Shown piece by piece: positions 54,001 through 64,000 of a stretch of 64,000 nucleotides of DNA; position 1 is the stretch's first letter; every line of letters starts with the position of its first letter. This DNA comes from Auanema rhodensis (lineage: Eukaryota > Animalia > Nematoda): NCBI GenBank assembly GCA_964057225.1, contig OZ059894.1:21948001-22012000 (forward strand), given 5' to 3'. The position numbers were made by a program, and so were the translations under genes. Below the pieces are notes generated by a model that was not told the origin of the DNA, searched no databases, and saw only the letters and a list, made by a program, of their open reading frames with translations.

Positions 54001-55620
54001 ATTAATTTTTTCGTTGAATAACATTGTCCATCGTCTTTGCCTTAAAAAAAGGAATCTAAAAACATCTACTTTTTGCTAAATTATTTTGAAATTTTTCGAA
54101 AAAATTTTTGTCAAAATGTTTTTTGAAGCAATGTTGAGTGTACATGGAAACTCAACATACACTAATGCATCATTTTTCAAACGAACATAACTAATTTTTG
54201 TATCAAGCGTTTCTCAATGTAGTATAGTGCATTCGATGCGGATTTTTAAGCTGCGTCGATCTGTGTTATCAAATTTGCGCTAGCTTAAAAATGCACCGAG
54301 ATATCAACTGATATAAGTTCACACTTATATCCTCGATTTTCACCCTGAAGAATTAATTTTTTCGTTGAATAACATTGTCCATCGTCTTTGCCTTAAAAAC
54401 AGGAATCTAAAAACATCTACTTTTTGCTAAATTATTATGAAATTTTTCGAAAAAATTTTTGTCAAAATGTTTTTTGAAGCAATGTTGAGTGTACATGGAA
54501 ACTCAACATACACTAATGCATCATTTTTCAAACGATCATAACTAATTTTTGTATTAAGCGTTTCTCAATGTAGTATAGTGCATTCGATGCGGTTTTTCAA
54601 GCTGCGTCGATCTGTGTTATCAGATTTGCGCTAGCTTAAAAATGCACCGAGATATCAACTGATATAAGTTCACACTTATATCCTCGATTTTCACCCTGAA
54701 GAATTAATTTTTTCGTTGAATAACCTTGTCTATCGTCTTTGCCTTGAAAAATGGAATCTAAAAACATCTACTTTTTGCTAAATTATTTTGAAATTTTTCG
54801 AAAAAATTTTTGTCAAAATGTTTTTGGAAGCAATGTTGAGTGTACATGGAAACTCAACACACACTAATGCATCATTTTTCAAACGATCATAACTAATTTT
54901 TGTATTAAGCGTTTCTCAATGTTGTATAGTGCATTCGATGCGGATTTTTAAGCTGCGTCGATCTGTGTTATCAGATTTGCGCTAGCTTAAAAATGCACCG
55001 AGATATCAACTGATATAAGTTCACACTTATATCCTCGATTTTCACCCTGAAGAATTAATTTTTTCGTTGAATAACATTGTCTATCGTCTTTGCCTTGAAA
55101 AATGGAATCTAAAAACATCTACTTTTTGCTAAATTATTTTGAAATTTTTCGAAAAAATTTTTGTCAAAATGTTTTTGGAAGCAATGTTGAGTGTACATGG
55201 AAACTCAACATACACTAATGCATCATTTTTCAAACGAACATAACTAATTTTTGTATCAAGCGTTTCTCAATGTAGTATAGTGCATTCGATGCGGATTTTT
55301 AAGCTGCGTCGATCTGTGTTATCAAATTTGCGCTAGCTTAAAAATGCACCGAGATATCAACTGATATAAGTTCACACTTATATCCTCGATTTTCACCCTG
55401 AAGAATTAATTTTTTCGTTGAATAACATTGTCCATCGTCTTTGCCTTAAAAACAGGAATCTAAAAACATCTACTTTTTGCTAAATTATTATAAAATTTTT
55501 CGAAAAAATTTTTGTCAAAATGTTTTTGGAAGCAATGTTGAGTGTACATGGAAACTCAACATACACTAATGCATCATTTTTCAAACGATCATAACTAATT
55601 TTTGTATTAAGCGTTTCTCA
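51050..55620 (+). repeat. Block duplication with a 7-monomer period (about 6 monomers shared; edges approximate)
   Basis: Variants pair at 2457 bp (7x351): GGAATTTA 51248/53705 and AATAACCTT 52268/54725, with the same order of monomer types between them. Confidence 0.88.
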
Positions 55621-56669
55621 ATGTAGTATAGTGCATTCGATGCGGATTTTTAAGCTGCGTCGATCTGTGTTATCAGATTTGCGCTAGCTTAAAAATGCAC
55701 CGAGATATCAACTGATATAAGTTCACACTTATATCCTCGATTTTCACCCTGAAGAATTAATTTTTTCGTTGAATAACATTGTCCATCGTCTTTGCCTTAA
55801 AAAAAGGAATCTAAAAACATCTACTTTTTGCTAAATTATTTTGAAATTTTTCGAAAAAATTTTTGTCAAAATGTTTTTGGAAGCAATGTTGAGTGTACAT
55901 GGAAACTCAACATACACTAATGCATCATTTTTCAAACGATCATAACTAATTTGTGTATTAAGCGTTTCTCAATGTAGTATAGTGCATTCGATGCGGATTT
56001 TTAAGCTGCGTCGATCTGTGTTATCAGATTTGCGCTAGCTTAAAAATGCACCGAGATATCAACTGATATAAGTTTACACTTATATCCTCGATTTTCACCC
56101 TGAAGAATTAATTTTTTCGTTGAATAACATTGTCCATCGTCTTTGCCTTAAAAAAAGGAATCTAAAAACATCTACTTTTTGCTAAATTATTTTGAAATTT
56201 TTCGAAAAAATTTTTGTCAAAATGTTTTTGGAAGCAATGTTGAGTGTACATGGAAACTCAACATACACTAATGCATCATTTTTCAAACGATCATAACTAA
56301 TTTTTGTATTAAGCGTTTCTCAATGTAGTATAGTGCATTCGATGCGGATTTTTAAGCTGCGTCGATCTGTGTTATCAGATTTGCGCTAGCTTAAAAATGC
56401 ACCGAGATATCAACTGATATAAGTTTACACTTATATCCTCGATTTTCACCCTGAAGAATTAATTTTTTCGTTGAATAACATTGTCCATCGTCTTTGCCTT
56501 AAAAAAAGGAATCTAAAAACATCTACTTTTTGCTAAATTATTTTGAAATTTTTCGAAAAAATTTTTGTCAAAATGTTTTTGGAAGCAATGTTGAGTGTAC
56601 ATGGAAACTCAACATACACTAATGCATCATTTTTCAAACGATCATAACTAATTTGTGTATTAAGCGTTT

Positions 56670-58023
56670 TTCAATGTAGTATAGTGCATTCGATGCGGAT
56701 TTTTAAGCTGCGTCGATCTGTGTTATCAGATTTGCGCTAGCTTAAAAATGCACCGAGATATCAACTGATATAAGTTTACACTTATATCCTCGATTTTCAC
56801 CCTGAAGAATTAATTTTTTCGTTGAATAACATTGTCCATCGTCTTTGCCTTAAAAAAAGGAATCTAAAAACATCTACTTTTTGCTAAATTATTTTGAAAT
56901 TTTTCGAAAAAATTTTTGTCAAAATGTTTTTTGAAGCAATGTTGAGTGTACATGGAAACTCAACATACAATAATGCATCATTTTTCAAACGATCATAACT
57001 AATTTGTGTATTAAGCGTTTCTCAATGTAGTATAGTGCATTCGATGCGGATTTTTAAGCTGCGTCGATCTGTGTTATCAGATTTGCGCTAGCTTAAAAAT
57101 GCACCGAGATATCAACTGATATAAGTTCACACTTATATCCTCGATTTTCACCCTGAAGAATTAATTTTTTCGTTGAATAACATTGTCCATCGTCTTTGCC
57201 TTAAAAAAAGGAATCTAAAAACATCTACTTTTTGCTAAATTATTTTGAAATTTTTCGAAAAAATTTTTGTCAAAATGTTTTTGGAAGCAATGTTGAGTGT
57301 ACATGGAAACTCAACATACACTAATGCATCATTTTTCAAACGATCATAACTAATTTTTGTATTAAGCGTTTCTCAATGTAGTATAGTGCATTCGATGCGG
57401 ATTTTTAAGCTGCGTCGATCTGTGTTATCAGATTTGCGCTAGCTTAAAAATGCACCGAGATATCAACTGATATAAGTTTACACTTATATCCTCGATTTTC
57501 ACCCTGAAGAATTAATTTTTTCGTTGAATAACATTGTCCATCGTCTTTGCCTTAAAAAAAGGAATCTAAAAACATCTACTTTTTGCTAAATTATTTTGAA
57601 ATTTTTCGAAAAAATTTTTGTCAAAATGTTTTTGGAAGCAATGTTGAGTGTACATGGAAACTCAACATACACTAATGCATCATTTTTCAAACGATCATAA
57701 CTAATTTGTGTATTAAGCGTTTTTCAATGTAGTATAGTGCATTCGATGCGGATTTTTAAGCTGCGTCGATCTGTGTTATCAGATTTGCGCTAGCTTAAAA
57801 ATGCACCGAGATATCAACTGATATAAGTTTACACTTATATCCTCGATTTTCACCCTGAAGAATTAATTTTTTCGTTGAATAACATTGTCCATCGTCTTTG
57901 CCTTAAAAAAAGGAATCTAAAAACATCTACTTTTTGCTAAATTATTTTGAAATTTTTCGAAAAAATTTTTGTCAAAATGTTTTTTGAAGCAATGTTGAGT
58001 GTACATGGAAACTCAACATACAA
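56670..58023 (+). repeat. Block duplication with a 3-monomer period (span of marker variants)
   Basis: Variants pair at 1053 bp (3x351): GCGTTTTTC 56670/57723 and CATACAAT 56970/58023. Confidence 0.88.
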
Positions 58024-61000
58024 TAATGCATCATTTTTCAAACGATCATAACTAATTTGTGTATTAAGCGTTTCTCAATGTAGTATAGTGCATTCGATGC
58101 GGATTTTTAAGCTGCGTCGATCTGTGTTATCAGATTTGCGCTAGCTTAAAAATGCACCGAGATATCAACTGATATAAGTTCACACTTATATCCTCGATTT
58201 TCACCCTGAAGAATTAATTTTTTCGTTGAATAACCTTGTCTATCGTCTTTGCCTTGAAAAATGGAATCTAAAAACATCTACTTTTTGCTAAATTATTTTG
58301 AAATTTTTCGAAAAAATTTTTGTCAAAATGTTTTTGGAAGCAATGTTGAGTGTACATGGAAACTCAACACACACTAATGCATCATTTTTCAAACGATCAT
58401 AACTAATTTTTGTATTAAGCGTTTCTCAATGTTGTATAGTGCATTCGATGCGGATTTTTAAGCTGCGTCGATCTGTGTTATCAGATTTGCGCTAGCTTAA
58501 AAATGCACCGAGATATCAACTGATATAAGTTCACACTTATATCCTCGATTTTCACCCTGAAGAATTAATTTTTTCGTTGAATAACATTGTCTATCGTCTT
58601 TGCCTTGAAAAATGGAATCTAAAAACATCTACTTTTTGCTAAATTATTTTGAAATTTTTCGAAAAAATTTTTGTCAAAATGTTTTTGGAAGCAATGTTGA
58701 GTGTACATGGAAACTCAACATACACTAATGCATCATTTTTCAAACGATCATAACTAATTTTTGTATTAAGCGTTTCTCAATGTAGTATAGTGCATTCGAT
58801 GCGGTTTTTCAAGCTGCGTCGATCTGTGTTATCAGATTTGCGCTAGCTTAAAAATGCACCGAGATATCAACTGATATAAGTTCACACTTATATCCTCGAT
58901 TTTCACCCTGAAGAATTAATTTTTTCGTTGAATAACATTGTCCATCGTCTTTGCCTTAAAAAAAGGAATCTAAAAACATCTACTTTTTGCTAAATTATTT
59001 TGAAATTTTTCGAAAAAATTTTTGTCAAAATGTTTTTGGAAGCAATGTTGAGTGTACATGGAAACTCAACATACACTAATGCATCATTTTTCAAACGATC
59101 ATAACTAATTTGTGTATTAAGCGTTTCTCAATGTAGTATAGTGCATTCGATGCGGATTTTTAAGCTGCGTCGATCTGTGTTATCAGATTTGCGCTAGCTT
59201 AAAAATGCACCGAGATATCAACTGATATAAGTTTACACTTATATCCTCGATTTTCACCCTGAAGAATTAATTTTTTCGTTGAATAACATTGTCCATCGTC
59301 TTTGCCTTAAAAAAAGGAATCTAAAAACATCTACTTTTTGCTAAATTATTTTGAAATTTTTCGAAAAAATTTTTGTCAAAATGTTTTTTGAAGCAATGTT
59401 GAGTGTACATGGAAACTCAACATACACTAATGCATCATTTTTCAAACGAACATAACTAATTTTTGTATCAAGCGTTTCTCAATGTAGTATAGTGCATTCG
59501 ATGCGGATTTTTAAGCTGCGTCGATCTGTGTTATCAAATTTGCGCTAGCTTAAAAATGCACCGAGATATCAACTGATATAAGTTCACACTTATATCCTCG
59601 ATTTTCACCCTGAAGAATTAATTTTTTCGTTGAATAACATTGTCCATCGTCTTTGCCTTAAAAACAGGAATCTAAAAACATCTACTTTTTGCTAAATTAT
59701 TATGAAATTTTTCGAAAAAATTTTTGTCAAAATGTTTTTGGAAGCAATGTTGAGTGTACATGGAAACTCAACATACACTAATGCATCATTTTTCAAACGA
59801 TCATAACTAATTTTTGTATTAAGCGTTTCTTAATGTAGTATAGTGCATTCGATGCGGTTTTTCAAGCTGCGTCGATCTGTGTTATCAGATTTGCGCTAGC
59901 TTAAAAATGCACCGAGATATCAACTGATATAAGTTCACACTTATATCCTCGATTTTCACCCTGAAGAATTAATTTTTTCGTTGAATAACCTTGTCTATCG
60001 TCTTTGCCTTGAAAAATGGAATCTAAAAACATCTACTTTTTGCTAAATTATTTTGATATTTTTCGAAAAAATTTTTGTCAAAATGTTTTTGGAAGCAATG
60101 TTGAGTGTACATGGAAACTCAACACACACTAATGCATCATTTTTCAAACGATCATAACTAATTTTTGTATTAAGCGTTTCTCAATGTTGTATAGTGCATT
60201 CGATGCGGATTTTTAAGCTGCGTCGATCTGTGTTATCAGATTTGCGCTAGCTTAAAAATGCACCGAGATATCAACTGATATAAGTTCACACTTATATCCT
60301 CGATTTTCACCCTGAAGAATTAATTTTTTCGTTGAATAACATTGTCTATCGTCTTTGCCTTGAAAAATGGAATATAAAAACATCTACTTTTTGCTAAATT
60401 ATTTTGAAATTTTTCGAAAAAATTTTTGTCAAAATGTTTTTGGAAGCAATGTTGAGTGTACATGGAAACTCAACATACACTAATGCATCATTTTTCAAAC
60501 GATCATAACTAATTTTTGTATTAAGCGTTTCTTAATGTAGTATAGTGCATTCGATGCGGTTTTTCAAGCTGCGTCGATCTGTGTTATCAGATTTGCGCTA
60601 GCTTAAAAATGCACCGAGATATCAACTGATATAAGTTCACACTTATATCCTCGATTTTCACCCTGAAGAATTAATTTTTTCGTTGAATAACATTGTCTAT
60701 CGTCTTTGCCTTGAAAAATGGAATCTAAAAACATCTACTTTTTGCTAAATTATTTTGAAATTTTTCGAAAAAATTTTTGTCAAAATGTTTTTGGAAGCAA
60801 TGTTGAGTGTACATGGAAACTCAACATACACTAATGCATCATTTTTCAAACGATCATAACTAATTTTTGTATCAAGCGTTTCTTGATGTAGTATAGTGCA
60901 TTCGATGCGGATTTTTAAGCTGCGTCGATCTGTGTTATCAGATTTGCGCTAGCTTAAAAATGCACCGAGATATCAACTGATATAAGTTCACACTTATATC

Positions 61001-64000
61001 CTCGATTTTCACCCTGAAGAATTAATTTTTTCGTTGAATAACATTGTCTATCGTCTTTGCCTTGAAAAATGGAATCTAAAAACATCTACTTTTTGCTAAA
61101 TTATTTTGAAATTTTTCGAAAAAATTTTTGTCAAAATGTTTTTTGAAGCAATGTTGAGTGTACATGGAAACTCAACATACACTAATGCATCATTTTTCAA
61201 ACGAACATAACTAATTTTTGTATCAAGCGTTTCTCAATGTAGTATAGTGCATTCGATGCGGATTTTTAAGCTGCGTCGATCTGTGTTATCAAATTTGCGC
61301 TAGCTTAAAAATGCACCGAGATATCAACTGATATAAGTTCACACTTATATCCTCGATTTTCACCCTGAAGAATTAATTTTTTCGTTGAATAACATTGTCC
61401 ATCGTCTTTGCCTTAAAAAAAGGAATCTAAAAACATCTACTTTTTGCTAAATTATTTTGAAATTTTTCGAAAAAATTTTTGTCAAAATGTTTTTTGAAGC
61501 AATGTTGAGTGTACATGGAAACTCAACATACACTAATGCATCATTTTTCAAACGAACATAACTAATTTTTGTATCAAGCGTTTCTCAATGTAGTATAGTG
61601 CATTCGATGCGGATTTTTAAGCTGCGTCGATCTGTGTTATCAAATTTGCGCTAGATTAAAAATGCACCGAGATATCAACTGATATAAGTTCACACTTATA
61701 TCCTCGATTTTCACCCTGAAGAATTAATTTTTTCGTTGAATAACATTGTCCATCGTCTTTGCCTTAAAAACAGGAATCTAAAAACATCTACTTTTTGCTA
61801 AATTATTATGAAATTTTTCGAAAAAATTTTTGTCAAAATGTTTTTGGAAGCAATGTTGAGTGTACATGGAAACTCAACATACACTAATGCATCATTTTTC
61901 AAACGATCATAACTAATTTTTGTATTAAGCGTTTCTTAATGTAGTATAGTGCATTCGATGCGGTTTTTCAAGCTGCGTCGATCTGTGTTATCAGATTTGC
62001 GCTAGCTTAAAAATGCACCGAGATATCAACTGATATAAGTTCACACTTATATCCTCGATTTTCACCCTGAAGAATTAATTTTTTCGTTGAATAACATTGT
62101 CTATCGTCTTTGCCTTGAAAAATGGAATCTAAAAACATCTACTTTTTGCTAAATTATTTTGAAATTTTTCGAAAAAATTTTTGTCAAAATGTTTTTTGAA
62201 GCAATGTTGAGTGTACATGGAAACTCAACATACACTAATGCATCATTTTTCAAACGAACATAACTAATTTTTGTATCAAGCGTTTCTCAATGTAGTATAG
62301 TGCATTCGATGCGGATTTTTAAGCTGCGTCGATCTGTGTTATCAAATTTGCGCTAGCTTAAAAATGCACCGAGATATCAACTGATATAAGTTCACACTTA
62401 TATCCTCGATTTTCACCCTGAAGAATTAATTTTTTCGTTGAATAACATTGTCCATCGTCTTTGCCTTAAAAAAAGGAATCTAAAAACATCTACTTTTTGC
62501 TAAATTATTTTGAAATTTTTCGAAAAAATTTTTGTCAAAATGTTTTTTGAAGCAATGTTGAGTGTACATGGAAACTCAACATACACTAATGCATCATTTT
62601 TCAAACGAACATAACTAATTTTTGTATCAAGCGTTTCTCAATGTAGTATAGTGCATTCGATGCGGATTTTTAAGCTGCGTCGATCTGTGTTATCAAATTT
62701 GCGCTAGCTTAAAAATGCACCGAGATATCAACTGATATAAGTTCACACTTATATCCTCGATTTTCACCCTGAAGAATTAATTTTTTCGTTGAATAACATT
62801 GTCCATCGTCTTTGCCTTAAAAACAGGAATCTAAAAACATCTACTTTTTGCTAAATTATTATGAAATTTTTCGAAAAAATTTTTGTCAAAATGTTTTTGG
62901 AAGCAATGTTGAGTGTACATGGAAACTCAACATACACTAATGCATCATTTTTCAAACGATCATAACTAATTTTTGTATTAAGCGTTTCTTAATGTAGTAT
63001 AGTGCATTCGATGCGGTTTTTCAAGCTGCGTCGATCTGTGTTATCAGATTTGCGCTAGCTTAAAAATGCACCGAGATATCAACTGATATAAGTTCACACT
63101 TATATCCTCGATTTTCACCCTGAAGAATTAATTTTTTCGTTGAATAACCTTGTCTATCGTCTTTGCCTTGAAAAATGGAATCTAAAAACATCTACTTTTT
63201 GCTAAATTATTTTGAAATTTTTCGAAAAAATTTTTGTCAAAATGTTTTTGGAAGCAATGTTGAGTGTACATGGAAACTCAACACACACTAATGCATCATT
63301 TTTCAAACGATCATAACTAATTTTTGTATTAAGCGTTTCTCAATGTTGTATAGTGCATTCGATGCGGATTTTTAAGCTGCGTCGATCTGTGTTATCAGAT
63401 TTGCGCTAGCTTAAAAATGCACCGAGATATCAACTGATATAAGTTCACACTTATATCCTCGATTTTCACCCTGAAGAATTAATTTTTTCGTTGAATAACA
63501 TTGTCTATCGTCTTTGCCTTGAAAAATGGAATCTAAAAACATCTACTTTTTGCTAAATTATTTTGAAATTTTTCGAAAAAATTTTTGTCAAAATGTTTTT
63601 TGAAGCAATGTTGAGTGTACATGGAAACTCAACATACACTAATGCATCATTTTTCAAACGAACATAACTAATTTTTGTATCAAGCGTTTCTCAATGTAGT
63701 ATAGTGCATTCGATGCGGATTTTTAAGCTGCGTCGATCTGTGTTATCAAATTTGCGCTAGCTTAAAAATGCACCGAGATATCAACTGATATAAGTTCACA
63801 CTTATATCCTCGATTTTCACCCTGAAGAATTAATTTTTTCGTTGAATAACATTGTCCATCGTCTTTGCCTTAAAAAAAGGAATCTAAAAACATCTACTTT
63901 TTGCTAAATTATTTTGAAATTTTTCGAAAAAATTTTTGTCAAAATGTTTTTTGAAGCAATGTTGAGTGTACATGGAAACTCAACATACACTAATGCATCA

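Larger units (their letters stand above)
1..64000. repeat. Tandem satellite DNA array, 351-bp monomer, 182 copies (last truncated), head-to-tail, single orientation
   Basis: The motif AAACGA(T/A)CATAACTAATTTTT recurs at 1, 352, 3511 (1+10x351) and 7021 (1+20x351). After net indels of -2, +63 and +63 the predicted start of monomer 182 is 63656, which matches the sequence. Spacings between identical ORFs are multiples of 351 apart from those indels. No unique sequence or inversion was seen. Confidence 0.99.

Noticed and set aside
1-64000. CRISPR-like array, since hairpin-bearing repeats recur at a fixed period
   Set aside because: There are no unique spacers because the entire 351-bp unit is repeated. 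No leader or cas genes are present.
1-64000. Rolling-circle or sequencing concatemer artefact
   Set aside because: Shared, spatially structured haplotypes and nested block duplications indicate a real evolved array rather than repeated reads of one template. Local mis-ordering by the assembler cannot be excluded.

Overview
The whole window is one uninterrupted head-to-tail tandem satellite DNA array, open at both ends. It holds 182 copies of a 351-bp monomer (the last is cut by the window edge at 345 bp). The monomer is AT-rich (31% GC by hand count of monomer 1) and copies usually differ by only a few substitutions. I see no genes, RNA genes, CRISPR array or transposon insertion; the listed ORFs are by-products of the repeat. 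Only three length changes shift the repeat phase: a 2-bp deletion near 15944 and two copies of a 63-bp internal duplication at 19951 and 21769. The informative structure lies in the variants. (i) The monomer is densely packed with inverted repeats. (ii) Recurrent variants fall on paired positions of two of these dyads. (iii) The array is divided into domains with their own marker alleles. (iv) Local block duplications have periods of 3, 4, 5, 7 and 9 monomers. (v) A 5-monomer haplotype block recurs exactly 67 monomers away. This fits a young, actively homogenising eukaryotic (peri)centromeric-type satellite. I cannot identify the species or satellite family, and any functional role is inference.
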